The notes below the pieces were generated by a model, which saw nothing but the letters and a program-made list of their open reading frames with translations, was not told where the DNA came from and did no database searches. Shown here one piece after another: positions 1 to 11,465 of a DNA stretch of 64,000 nt (within the stretch, counting starts at the first letter, position 1; each line of letters starts with the position of its first letter). The stretch lies in NCBI RefSeq assembly GCF_016903815.1, contig NZ_CP069973.1; one strand, given 5' to 3'. The position numbers were made by a program, and so were the translations under genes. The DNA is from Escherichia coli (GTDB lineage: Bacteria > Pseudomonadota > Gammaproteobacteria > Enterobacterales > Enterobacteriaceae).

Positions 1-715
1 TGCGTAACTGTTTTTCCACTATGCTCATAAACCATACTGCCAGAAGCACGGGGAAAACCGTTCCCTGATAGCCAATCATGGCGATTTCAAAACCGAAGAA
101 GTTCATTGTCTGAAATCCCGCAGCAACGCCCCAGGCATTTGTGAGTGCCGGGTGAGTCAGAATCCCTCCTAATGTCGCGCCAAGATAAGGATTTCCACCA
201 AATTCACGAGCAGCAGTAAAGCCAATAAGGATGGGGAGAATAATAAATGCGGCTGAACTGCACATATCCAGCAGGATATAAATCGCATTATCGGTATTCA
301 CCCAGCCATATGTTTTCACCATTCCCAGAAGCCCCATTAATAAACCAGAAGCAACAATGGCTGGAATGATGGGGACAAAAATATTAGAAAGTAGCCGTGC
401 TATTCGCTGAAAAGGATTGAGTTTTTGAGCGGCGAGTCGAGCGATATCTGCTTTACTGGATTCGCTAATACCTGCAACCTGAATAAAGGCAGCATAGACT
501 TTATTAACCACGCCGGTGCCAAAGATAATTTGCATTTGCCCTGAATTACGAAAACAACCTTTCACTCCATCAATCTGGCCAATGGCATGTTGATCGGCAA
601 GTGTGTCGTCAACCAGTACCAGCCGTAGGCGAGTGGCGCAATGTGCTGCACTGGCGATGTTCTCCTTACCACCTAATAAAGGAAGCAACGATTGGGCGAT
701 TTTATCGAAATCCAT
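1..715 (-). CDS. scrA: PTS sucrose-specific EIIBC component, N-terminal part (gene runs off the left edge)
   Basis: Reverse-strand translation from the ATG at 715 reads MDFDKIAQSLLPLLGGKENIASAAHCATRLRLVLVDD... (EIIB Cys motif), then hydrophobic EIIC segments. Absent from the ORF track because the frame leaves the window. Synteny scrK-scrY-scrA. Confidence 0.88.
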   Translation of the reverse strand, partial: MDFDKIAQSLLPLLGGKENIASAAHCATRLRLVLVDDTLADQHAIGQIDGVKGCFRNSGQMQIIFGTGVVNKVYAAFIQVAGISESSKADIARLAAQKLNPFQRIARLLSNIFVPIIPAIVASGLLMGLLGMVKTYGWVNTDNAIYILLDMCSSAAFIILPILIGFTAAREFGGNPYLGATLGGILTHPALTNAWGVAAGFQTMNFFGFEIAMIGYQGTVFPVLLAVWFMSIVEKQLR

Positions 716-775
716 ATAACCCTCTAATTCATTGTTATTTCAGTAAAAACTTCACATCTGTGAGGTTGTCTGGTA

Positions 776-2317
<1,542 letters not shown>

Positions 2318-2338
2318 TTATAAAAATTGCTAAAATGC

Positions 2339-2350
2339 TAAACCGGTTTA
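2339..2350. promoter_or_regulatory. LacI-family (ScrR-type) operator-like perfect palindrome TAAACCGGTTTA upstream of scrY
   Basis: Perfect 12-bp palindrome in the scrK-scrY intergenic region. Related half-sites recur at 2397 and 3414. Confidence 0.55.
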
Positions 2351-2396
2351 GGTGTTGATAATAAAGCTGACTTTTTAGCCAAAGCAATTATTTTCG

Positions 2397-2410
2397 CTAA
2401 ACCGATTTAG
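2397..2410. promoter_or_regulatory. Second ScrR-type operator-like near-palindrome CTAAACCGATTTAG
   Basis: 14-bp near-palindrome (one mismatch) 47 bp from the first, same TAAAyCGrTTTA core. Confidence 0.5.
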
Positions 2411-2460
2411 TAAATGTGACAGGCACGACAAATCGGGTTACAGATACAACAGCAGGATCA

Positions 2461-3381
2461 CTATTGTGAAGGGAGATCGTGTTGTCGGGGTAAGGCGGTC
2501 ATCGCGCCTTTAGCCGTGGTCGCCAGAGCACCACAAATCTGAGCTTGTACAATGATTCGTTCAAGCTGTCTGGTATTTGTTGGTATTCCAGAATCAGCCA
2601 GACCGGCAAGTAATCCAGCGACAAAAGCATCTCCTGCCCCGGTCGTATCGACGACAGAAACAGGTTTGGCGGGATAGTGGATAAACTGCCCCTGAAAATA
2701 CACAAGTACGCCATTTTTTCCTTGTGTGATAAGCAATAAAGTCAACGAATAACGTTGTACTAATGAATATGCGCCTTGCTGAACCTGGCTTTCGCCACTG
2801 ATGAATAGCAACTCTTCTTCGGACAATTTAGCGATATTCGCCAGCGAAAGTGCGCGATCAAGGTATTTCCTTAATAGCGCTTCACTCTGCCAGAGATCGC
2901 TGCGGATATTGGGATCAAAACTGATGTTTCCGCCAGCCTGACGTATTTTCTCCATAGCCAGAAATGCGGTACTTCGGGAAGGTTCTGCACTGAGCGCAAT
3001 GGAACAAAGATGGAGCCATTCACCCGGCCCAAATGCAGGAAGGCCATCAGGTTGTAAAAAAAGATCGGCACTTGGGCGTACCATAAAGGTAAAGTTTCTT
3101 TCTCCTTGCTCATCAAGTCCTACAGCCACAATTGAGGTGCGATGTTGAGGATCAAGAGACATATAACGTGTATCAACATTTTCTGTACTCAGTGTCTGAT
3201 ACATAAAGCGACCGAAAGGATCATCGCCAACTTTGCCAATAAAGGCACTTTTCCCCCCCAGCCTTGCGATACCGACTGCAACATTAGCAGGCGCCCCGCC
3301 AGGACACTGTAGTAGTCTCCCCTGGCTTTCGGGTAATAAATCAACAACCGCATCACCAAGTACCCATACTCTTGTGCTCAT
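2461..3381 (-). CDS. scrK: Fructokinase (PfkB/ribokinase family)
   Basis: 306-aa ORF MSTRVWVLGDAVVDLLPE...CPGGAPANVAVG...DTTGAGDAF...ATTAKGAMTALP, with the PfkB signatures. First gene of the scr operon. Confidence 0.9.
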   Translation of the reverse strand: MSTRVWVLGDAVVDLLPESQGRLLQCPGGAPANVAVGIARLGGKSAFIGKVGDDPFGRFMYQTLSTENVDTRYMSLDPQHRTSIVAVGLDEQGERNFTFMVRPSADLFLQPDGLPAFGPGEWLHLCSIALSAEPSRSTAFLAMEKIRQAGGNISFDPNIRSDLWQSEALLRKYLDRALSLANIAKLSEEELLFISGESQVQQGAYSLVQRYSLTLLLITQGKNGVLVYFQGQFIHYPAKPVSVVDTTGAGDAFVAGLLAGLADSGIPTNTRQLERIIVQAQICGALATTAKGAMTALPRQHDLPSQ

Positions 3382-3413
3382 AAAGGCTCCAATATACTAA
3401 TTGCTAAACTAAT

Positions 3414-3425
3414 TAAATCGATTTA
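3414..3425. promoter_or_regulatory. ScrR-type operator-like perfect palindrome TAAATCGATTTA just upstream of scrK
   Basis: Perfect 12-bp palindrome embedded in the larger symmetric TTGCTAAA...TTTAGCAA, 33 bp upstream of the scrK start. Confidence 0.55.
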
Positions 3426-3940
3426 GCAATTAAAGCATAAACGCTGCTCAGGAGAGAACAATATTCATCAATAGTTACGTGGTATTTTGTTGTGAGAATA
3501 TGTCGGAAATATGGTAAGTGATGAGATAGTCTTCCCCCACCTTCACGACCGCTTTCAATTGCGCCATAGCGAATAAATTTTAACCACAAAAGTAAGAGAA
3601 AGGCCATGATTGAACAGAAAATTACCGACATCGCTCAGGCTAAAACGAACTTTTATCTTTTCAGTATCAATGCTCGTGGCAATCACGCGGGAAAGATCAA
3701 ACTTTCTCACAACCAACTGCTTAACTGGCTGGTATAACAGCCAAAATGACCGTTGCGATGAAGGCTTGCGGGACATCCCATCACTGCCCACAGGAAATAA
3801 GGGAACTCAACTATGATGTAATATTGCATCCAGCACAACATGTTAAATCTTATCAATGGCGTCAGAAAAATGATTATAACAACGCACAGCAATAGCTGAA
3901 ACCTATCAATATAGAACTATACGACTGGTACCAATAAAAA

Positions 3941-3971
3941 GTCTGGACCTACAGAACGTCCAGGCTTTTTT
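3941..3971. terminator. Bidirectional rho-independent terminator-like hairpin
   Basis: CTGGAC-N9-GTCCAG stem flanked by an A-run on the left and TTTTTT on the right (AAAAAGTCTGGACCTACAGAACGTCCAGGCTTTTTT). Confidence 0.55.
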
Positions 3972-3977
3972 GAAAAT

Positions 3978-4172
3978 GCATCGGTTGATCTCGATGGAAG
4001 GACACAACTGATAGATCATGTTCTTGGACTTCTTACTGAATACGGCATTGTGTTCAGTAAAAGCGCAACAGAATTACGCCCCAAATTACCGGCATTACTT
4101 GAGGATGCGGCGATGCTGTACCTGCGGATTGGTACATGCCGTCTGAACAATATGGCTCCAGAAAAATGGCTG
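3978..4172 (+). pseudogene. IS110-family transposase internal fragment
   Basis: The plus-strand frame reads ...GRTQLIDHVLGLLTEYGIVFSKSATELRPKLPALLEDAA.... This matches the RTxLxNxIRGLLxEFGIxxxxGxxxLxxxLPxLLED stretch typical of IS110-family DEDD transposases. There is no start codon and no 5' or 3' part. Confidence 0.5.
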
Positions 4173-4214
4173 TGAACCGCCCCGGGTTTCCTGGAGAGTG
4201 TTTTATCTGTGAAC

Positions 4215-5105
4215 TCAGGCTGCCAGATCATCGTTTCCGATGGAAGCATAATAAGCTTTTTCTGCTTCTGCCGGAGGAGTATGGCCCAGCCTTCCCAGCA
4301 ATCGTCGATTGTTATACCAGTCCACCCACGTTAGTGTGGCCAGTTCCACTTCTGCACGGTTTTTCCAGCTCTTACGGTGTATTACCTCCGCTTTGTAAAG
4401 ACCATTGATGCTCTCAGCCATCGCGTTGTCATACGAGTCGCCTGTACTCCCTGTTGATGCCAGTAATCCGGCTTCTTTTAGTCGCTCCGTATAGGCCAGT
4501 GACACATACTGAGAGCCTTTATCGCTGTGATGGATGGTGCCAGACGGACGACGGGCCCACAACGCCTGCTCCAGCGCATCCAGCACGAATGTCGTTTCCA
4601 TAGACGATGAGACCCGCCACCCCACGATGTATCCGGCAAACACATCAATGATAAACGCCACATAGACGAAGCCCTGCCATGTGCTGACGTAAGTAAAATC
4701 AGCCACCCACAGCTGGTCAGGTCGTTCTGCCACGAACTGACGGTTTACGCGGTCGCCTGCGGCAACGGCTTTCCGGCTGATGGTCGTACGGACCTTTTTA
4801 CCCCGGAGAACACCGGCAAGTCCCATAACCGCCATGAGACGTGCCACTGTACATCTGGCCACCCTGATTCCTTCCCGTAACAACTGACGCCAGACTTTAC
4901 GCACACCGTACACCTGATGATTTTCATCGTATACGCGCTGTATCTCTCTCTTCAGCCAGTCGTCGTGCTGCGCACGGGCACTGCGTTTATCCGGATGATG
5001 TCGCTGTTGCTGACAATGGTAATACGTTGACGGGGCAATATGCAGTTCGCTGCATACCGGTCCGACCCCGTACTGCTCACGCAGCTTATCCAGCAGTGGC
5101 ATCAT
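4215..5105 (-). CDS. IS629 OrfB (DDE integrase-type transposase catalytic subunit)
   Basis: 296-aa ORF with WVADFTYV (D), HHSDKGSQY (D) and DNAMAES (E) motifs of IS3-family transposases. Confidence 0.95.
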   Translation of the reverse strand: MMPLLDKLREQYGVGPVCSELHIAPSTYYHCQQQRHHPDKRSARAQHDDWLKREIQRVYDENHQVYGVRKVWRQLLREGIRVARCTVARLMAVMGLAGVLRGKKVRTTISRKAVAAGDRVNRQFVAERPDQLWVADFTYVSTWQGFVYVAFIIDVFAGYIVGWRVSSSMETTFVLDALEQALWARRPSGTIHHSDKGSQYVSLAYTERLKEAGLLASTGSTGDSYDNAMAESINGLYKAEVIHRKSWKNRAEVELATLTWVDWYNNRRLLGRLGHTPPAEAEKAYYASIGNDDLAA

Positions 5106-5428
5106 TTTTTCCAGAGGCGGTCGAACTCCGCCTTCGCAAAATAAGCGGAAGCCTGGCGAAGGATATCGTTACTGCGGCGCAGTTCACGATTTTCACGTTC
5201 CAGCTCTTTCAGACGCTGACGTTCAGCGCTGGTGAGCCCACCATCACCGCCCCCGGTATCCCGCTCATGCTGGCGAACCCAGACACGCAGAGTCTCCGGC
5301 GTACAGCCAATCTTTGGAGCAATGGAACAAATTGCCGCCCACTGTGAGTCATATTCATCCTGACTTTCCAGAACCATACGAATCGCCCGCTGACGGACTT
5401 CGGGGGAAAAACGAGTATTTTTAGTCAT
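5102..5428 (-). CDS. IS629 OrfA (HTH transposase subunit)
   Basis: 108-aa [45 protein letters not shown]... with a leucine-zipper-like tail. Overlaps orfB by ATGA. Confidence 0.95.
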   Translation of the reverse strand: MTKNTRFSPEVRQRAIRMVLESQDEYDSQWAAICSIAPKIGCTPETLRVWVRQHERDTGGGDGGLTSAERQRLKELERENRELRRSNDILRQASAYFAKAEFDRLWKK

Positions 5429-5482
5429 CCTGTTTACCTCTTTCTCAGGGAGTTTAGTCTCCAGGATTTCCGGGGCGGTTCA

Positions 5483-8400
5483 GCTGTTCATTAAAACGTT
5501 GTCCAGGCTGATCATAAAGTGCGCGTAATGTCTCCGCGGATGGCCGCGGTTGCATTTGCTGCATGCAGGGTTTCTGGTGGTAATCAAAATACTGTGGCAG
5601 ATGCTGGATCTCTGCTTTGTTTTCAATTACCCGTTGAAGGGCTCTTTGACGCAACTCTCTTGATGATTTGTCACGGATCGATTCCAATTGTAGCTGGCTG
5701 CCGCTACTAATTCGCTTACGAGCAGCATCAAAATCAAAGCGAATAGCCAATAGACTCGGCGTAGTCTCACTTAGCTGCAATTCCCCTAATTGCACTGATT
5801 CACGCTTATCTTTAATATAAACAATGATCTTATCATCAAGTTCAAAGCTGAGGTCAGCACCGGATTCCGTAGTATATGGGTAGAGTAAGCAACCACTCGG
5901 TGATTCCTGAAAGTCAGTAGAGTCGATGTTGACTATATCTCGTAGGTCTACTTCTGTATCAGATAATGCCTGCCATAACTCAATTGGGCTTGACTCACTA
6001 CTATCGAAGTCATCTTCATCCATCTCTTGATTAGGATTAGCTCGCTCAATGATGGCATCAATTACTGGCTCGAGGTTAAACAGTAGTTCAATAAAAGTAT
6101 TACGCTGATTAAGTGAGCCACGTTGTAATGAAAGTTGAGTATTAATTTTAGCCTGGGAATATTTACCAGCCTTTATACTTTCTTCGATCGATAATCCTTT
6201 TTCATACACTATTCTATTAATAGTGCGATTATCAGGATCTAAGTCTATCAATAGCCGCTCTCCTAGGCCAGTGATGTAACAACGCAATTCATGCGCAAAG
6301 CGTGGGTTAGATGACCAGTTACATTGAAAATAATAGATCCCATCATTTTGTTCTAGAAGCTTCACTTCTTGCGGCCAATCATCTGTGCCCCAGCAAACAG
6401 GAATTACCTTATCCTGTGACTCAGACGCCACAACTTGATTAATCTCAGCTTGTTCCGGTGCTCGAATTGACTGCAGCAAAGGATCGAGCGCGATAGGTAT
6501 ACCGTCAACGGTTTGTTTTGCGCGTTCTAGCTCAGCCTGCACCAGTACTGGCATATCTTCACTAAATAGCTCCTCCACCATACGATATACTGCAAAGCAA
6601 TCTCGCCCAAAAGCATCAGTACTTTCGGGATTCTCTGGCTGGTAGCGATTATCTGCAGTTAATTCATCACTGAATTCAAGCAATCCAATCAGAGTAATTA
6701 CTGTCTGCTCCCCGACTTGTACCAGCAGTTTCTCTGGGCAAAGATCTCCATGAGGTAACTGCTTTTCATGAAAAGCATGAATGGTGTTGATCAACTTTTC
6801 CGCAATTGTAAAACGTTGGGATTGTACTAACACGTTCTCAGCAATAAACTGTGACCACGGTAGGCCATCCACATACTCGCTCACTACATACAAGCCGCCT
6901 TGTCCTAATAGTCCATAGGACTGCACCTTAGGAGTTGGCAGATTTATATGCGTAAGCTTATCGATCCGTTGCTTAAAAGCGTGGATACGGCGGTTAACAC
7001 CAGGTTGTTGAGGGGTCAAAATAACACCATCCCACAATTTTACCTGCAGAGCTTTCCCACCTTGTTCACAGTGATAACTGATGCTGCCAGTCGTAGCAAT
7101 AGCAGCAAGAGCAGAGTAAACCATAGACAACTGTTCAGGAAGTGGAGGAAACTCAATTAACACACCAACGCTGTTCATCCCTTCGCGAAAGAATTTGTTT
7201 TGCTTTAATTCTTGATAAATCTGGTTAGCTTCATCAAATTCTTGGCTATGTTCCTTAGTAGCTGCATTAAACTCATTGAGCATTATGTCCGCACGTGGAA
7301 AGCGTTTACTTGGCTCAAGGTTAAGAGCTTGCTCAAACCAGCTATTTAGAATACCGCTAAAAGGATCAGTTAATGGAGCTCTCCATTCAGGCATCTGTCC
7401 AGGAGTCAGTAATGATTCACCTGCAAAACAAATACGATAAGCAATTACAGCCAACATGAATACATCTAGGCGATAGGGCTCAACTGCTTCTTCAAAAGCA
7501 TCTTCGGGCAAAATATATGGAGCACTTTGCAATGTCGGACGCAATGACTCTAGGCTATTATGTCCCTCCAGTGAGGCTGCGCCAAAGCCAGTAACGACAA
7601 TGCTCTTCTGATCCCCTGCGTACCATAGATTGTGCGGGTCAATATCACAATGACTGATACCCAAGCTATGTAATTCCGAGAATGGAGCTAATAATGCACG
7701 AACGCGATCAATACGCTCAGATTTACTCCATCCGTCAGCTTCGCTATCTAGAATCTCATCTAATCGGCTAAAACTACGGCGTAACTCATACAGCTCACGG
7801 GCATCATCAGTTATATCCTCCTCGGATAGTTCCCTTACAGCACGCAACATATAATCCTGCATAGTTGCGCTGCCATGACGAACTAGGCGACCGACTCGAG
7901 TCTCACGCAGAGCTATCTCAGCCCACAATGTTTGCATTGCGTTTGCTACACCCAAGGCATCAAAGTTCCACTGCCGTAGCAGACCTCTGTGTTGACTATT
8001 GTCTTTGTGGGTAGCCCTGAATTCGTTGTAGACCATGTGAGGGTGACTAAAGAATGGCTTATCGTTCGCAAGATAACCGCTTTCTTTTAGTGGCAAAGGC
8101 CTGACTTTTGGTCCTTCAAAGAAGGACTTAATTATAGGTAATGCCTCATCAGAATTTGGTCGAGGCTTTCCCCCTTCAAAAAGATGAAAAAAGTTAGTGT
8201 GTTGCACCAGCTTTTCGTAATTTTTTGGGTTACCTATAGTCAAGAATTCATCACGGGTATGAACATAGCGCCTCTCACTTAATGGCAAGTTTTCAGGACC
8301 AGCTGTGCCACACAGCACTACATGAGCCTCAACATGCAAAAAGTAACCCAGCTTACGAGATAACTCTTCCTGCAACAAATCTTTTAGTCGCAGTGCATGC

Positions 8401-8678
8401 TCACGCTTGATCTGATAGGGACTTTTGCCTCGTGACTTACCATTTTGCAGCCACTTCCCCCCTTCAAATGTGATGTTACCATTCCACTCTTTAAGCTCGA
8501 CTAATAGCAGACGGTCAGCAGTAATAATTAGCATATCGATTTCCATCGACCCTTGGCTATCAGTAACAACTAAGCCAGCATAGCCAAACCAACTATCTGG
8601 TAACTGCTTAACCATCATATCAACTGTTTTGGTTTCGCTGCGGTGCAGGCCAGCACCACCTACTATCTGATACTTCAC
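5483..8678 (-). CDS. Large NERD-domain protein with two tandem, degenerate protein-kinase-like domains; 3' end interrupted by IS629
   Basis: ORF 5454..8678, GTG start with AGGAG 6 nt upstream. NERD-like N-terminus (..MEIDMLIITADRLLLVELKEWNG..). Kinase catalytic-loop motifs are GISHCDIDPHNLWY (~7629..7652) and LPHGDLCPEKLLV (~6730..6753). The last 8 codons plus the stop (5454..5482) are IS-derived. Confidence 0.75.
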
Positions 8679-8888
8679 GTTTTCTCCTGCACCACTAAAT
8701 TTTTGTTGGTGGTAGTCCAGTAAAAATGGATGTAGTTATCTAAGACAGCGCATAGATTGTGCCTGCCTAACCCTAAAAAGTGTAATTATGAAAAGTAACG
8801 CTAGAAATTCTATACCGTTCGCAAAGAGAACACTTTTCAAAGATATATCATCATCTTGAACATGTCACTATAATGGTGAATCCATAAG

Positions 8889-9050
8889 ATGCGAACACCA
8901 CATCTTGTGCCACTCAGCAAACAGGCTGTAGCCATACTGATAAAACTTCAGACATGGGCAGTTGAAAATGGTCTGGTCTTTACGGGAGCACATGACCCGC
9001 GTAAACCAATCAGCGAAAACACCGTAAATAAGGCCCTTAGGTGCCCTTGA
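8889..9050 (+). pseudogene. P4-type tyrosine integrase internal fragment
   Basis: 53 codons MRTPHLVPLSKQAVAILIKLQTWAVENGLVFTGAHDPRKPISENTVNKALR, matching the H-x-VPLS-x-QA...PISENT-x-NKALR core of P4-family integrases. The catalytic C-terminus is missing, and the stop codon TGA is the first three bases of the adjacent IS3-family end. Confidence 0.7.
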
Positions 9051-9800
9051 ACCACTATATCCAGACAGCCGTTGAGCTTAAGTTAACGTTACCGAGTGAC
9101 GTTGATATTCCCTCGGTGAGAGATAACCAAGGCACCATGAGGATGCTATTCGTTATAGTGTTCGAACGCCTCCGCAAGGTTTTTTACTGCCGTTAACACG
9201 TCCGGTTTAGGTATGATACTGATGTAATCGCTCTTCATCGTTTTCACGAACCGTTCTCTCATTCCATTACTCTGAGGGCTACTGACTGCCGTCGTGCAGA
9301 GCTCCAGATTCAACTCTCTGGCGAACTGCCGTGTTTCATGAGTTGTATAAGCCGAACCGTTATCGGTCAGCCACTGGATGGGCCATCCCGGTCTATCGCC
9401 AAAGCGTTTTTCTATCGCTCCTGACATGACATCCTGCACCGTTGCTTTGCCATAACCTCCCGTGCTTGCGGCCCAGTCTATGGATTCAAGATCGCAACAG
9501 TCCAGTGCGAACGTGACACGCAGTTTTTCGTCATCATCACAACCGAACTCAAAGCCATCGGCACACCAGCGCGGGTCGCTTTCCTTCACCGATATTCGGG
9601 CCTTTATGTTCCCTCTGCGGTCGTGAAGGTTTGTCATGTAATAACAACAGGTTATTCTCGCTCATTATTCGATAAACGCGATTTGCATTCACGAACTGCA
9701 GTCCTTCGTTAAGACTGCCGTCTGAGAATAGCCCGGACACGACGATAGCCATCGAATCGCTGAACAGCGTCATTCGGCAGGCGATAAAGAAGGTGTCGTT
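9048..9800 (-). mobile_element. Degenerate, 5'-truncated IS3-family element (orfB remnant only)
   Basis: The end sequence TGAACCACTATATCC begins at 9048. ORFs 9146..9637 and 9549..9773 together read an IS3-type OrfB (..VNANRVYRIM.., [24 protein letters not shown]). It carries at least two frameshifts and an in-frame TAG where W is expected (HYNE*HPHGALGYLSPREY). No orfA is present. Confidence 0.7.
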
Positions 9801-9879
9801 ACGGGGAAGTCATCTTCACAGAGATTTTCAGTCAGTTAGCATTACCGACATTCATTCACCAACTTACCGGAGATAATCA

Positions 9880-10209
9880 ATGTCAAAACCCCGATGGACC
9901 ATTGAACAGAAAAGGCAGCACGTTGCTGCCTGGCGCGCCAGTGGTCTTACACGTCAGCAATACTGTGAACTCAACGATATTCCCTTCACATCACTTCGCG
10001 AATGGCCGCAGGATGTCGCAAAAGCTGAACGCCGGGCAAATGAACCGACCGTTCTTCCCGTTCATATTGCGCCACCACTGCATGCTGATGTACCACAGCC
10101 CGTCACGAATGAGCCAGTCACGCTCTTCCTTCCCGGCGGAGTACGGATGTGCTGTCAGCCGTCACAACTTACCGATGTCTTCAGGGCGCTCAAATATGCT
10201 CAGTCCTGA
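9880..10209 (+). CDS. IS66-family accessory protein TnpA (orf1)
   Basis: 109-aa ORF MSKPRWTIEQKRQHVAAWRASGLTRQQYCELNDIPFTSLREW... (HTH). The stop overlaps the tnpB start. Confidence 0.85.
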   Translation: MSKPRWTIEQKRQHVAAWRASGLTRQQYCELNDIPFTSLREWPQDVAKAERRANEPTVLPVHIAPPLHADVPQPVTNEPVTLFLPGGVRMCCQPSQLTDVFRALKYAQS

Positions 10210-10588
10210 TAATGTCTTCATCGCGATTAAACCTGTTGACATGCGCCGGGGCATCGACACACTGACGCAGTATATACAGGATGAACTCCGGTCGACATGG
10301 CATGAGGGAGCCGCCTTCGTCTTTGTTAACAAAGTCCGTTCGCGTATCAAAGTTCTCCGGTGGGATAAACACGGGGTGTGGTTGTGTACCCGCCGTCTGC
10401 ACAAAGGCAGCTTCCGCTGGCCACGTGCAAATGATGCTGCCTGGCACCTAACTCCCGACGAGTTTAACTGGCTGATTGCCGGTGTTGACTGGCAGCAGGT
10501 TAAGGGACATGACCTGACGAAATGGGGCTGGCAGAATGAACCTGAACTGCGCCCTGAAAACACGCAAAATACACTGCTAACTCAGTGA
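10196..10588 (+). CDS. IS66-family TnpB (orf2)
   Basis: From the ATG at 10196: MLSPDNVFIAIKPVDMRRGIDTLTQYIQDEL...VFVNKVRSRIKVLRWDKHGVWLCTRRLHKGSFRWP, the IS66 Orf2 signature. The 228-aa track ORF 9902..10588 is an upstream read-through of the same frame. Confidence 0.9.
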   Translation: MLSPDNVFIAIKPVDMRRGIDTLTQYIQDELRSTWHEGAAFVFVNKVRSRIKVLRWDKHGVWLCTRRLHKGSFRWPRANDAAWHLTPDEFNWLIAGVDWQQVKGHDLTKWGWQNEPELRPENTQNTLLTQ

Positions 10589-10630
10589 AAAATAATGAAT
10601 ATCCGTATCTGGAGTGGTATACTCCCCTGT

Positions 10631-11465
10631 ATGGATATCTCCGCTCTCAACACCACGAATGACATCGAAAAACTGCGTGCTATGGCACTTACCATGGTAC
10701 AAAAAGTCATGTCGGAGAATGCCGAAAAAGAGCGGGAATTACTGGAGAAAAGCCGGCGCATCCAGCTTCTGGAAGAAATGCTGAAACTGGTTCGTCAACA
10801 GCGCTTCGGTAAAAAATGTGAAACGCTGGCTGGTATGCAACGCTCCCTGTTCGAAGAGGATGTTGATGTCGATATCGCCGCGCTTACCGCACATCTGGAT
10901 AAACTGCTCCCGCAATCCCCTGAAGAAGACGAAAAAGCGTCCCGTTCACGCCCGATACGCAAACCCTTACCGGCTCATCTTCCACGGGTGGAAAAAATTA
11001 TCCAGCCGGACACTGACCATTGCCCTGAATGTGACGAGCCGCTGCACTATATCCGTGATGCGGTGAGTGAAAAGCTGGAGTATATTCCCGTTCACTTCGT
11101 GGTGAACCGTTATGTCCGTCCGCAATACAGTTGTTCCTGTTGCCAGAAGGTGTTCAGCGGTGAAATGCCGGCACATATCCTCCCGAAAAGTGCCGTTGAG
11201 CCATCAGTCATCGCACAGGTGATCATCAATAAATACGGTGACCACCTGCCTCTGTATCGCCAGCAACAGGTCTTTGCCCGTTCAGTGTCGGGCTGCCCGT
11301 CAGTTCGATGGCTGACATGGTTGGCGCGGCGGGTGCCGCATTATCTCCCCTGGCGGCGTTACTCCATCGCGAGTTGATAAACCGTCCGGTGGTGCATGCA
11401 GATGAGACTACCCTGAAGATCCTGAACACTAAGAAAGGCGGTAAATCCTGCTCCGGTTATCTGTG
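10631..11465 (+). pseudogene. IS66-family transposase TnpC, frameshifted (~11285) and 3'-truncated
   Basis: MDISALNTTNDIEKLRAMAL...CPECDEPLHYIRD...PLYRQQQVFARS continues in another frame as ..MADMVGAAGAALSPLAALLHRELINRPVVHADETTLKILN...GYLWA. After that the DDE domain is missing. Confidence 0.85.

Larger units (their letters stand above)
4173..5482 (-). mobile_element. IS629/IS1203-type insertion sequence (IS3 family), apparently intact, 1310 bp
   Basis: Terminal inverted repeats TGAACCGCCCCGG(G/A)(T/A)(T/A)TCCTGGAGA at both ends. Overlapping orfA/orfB with an A6 slippery run at the junction. GCTG is directly repeated at 4169..4172 and 5483..5486. Confidence 0.95.
9800..11465 (+). mobile_element. 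IS66-family element, 3'-truncated (left boundary approximate)
   Basis: Canonical tnpA-tnpB-tnpC order. tnpC is frameshifted and stops abruptly where a minus-strand tssG remnant begins. Confidence 0.8.

Noticed and set aside
3413-3892. Small ORFs (3413..3631, 3555..3791, 3610..3816, 3707..3892) between scrK and the terminator
   Set aside because: They overlap one another on both strands in AT-rich DNA, with no RBS or motif. The region more plausibly holds the scrK promoter/operator and junk.
4095-4172. A 24-codon continuation (QPFFWSHIVQ...RRILK*) as the native C-terminus of the NERD-kinase ORF
   Set aside because: The same DNA reads convincingly as an IS110-family transposase fragment on the opposite strand, so the continuation is probably fortuitous. 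Kept only as an alternative in the findings.
9902-10588. A 228-aa ORF spanning IS66 tnpA/tnpB
   Set aside because: Its first ~98 codons are an out-of-frame read through tnpA. The recognisable TnpB sequence starts at the ATG at 10196, which overlaps the tnpA stop as is usual in IS66 elements.
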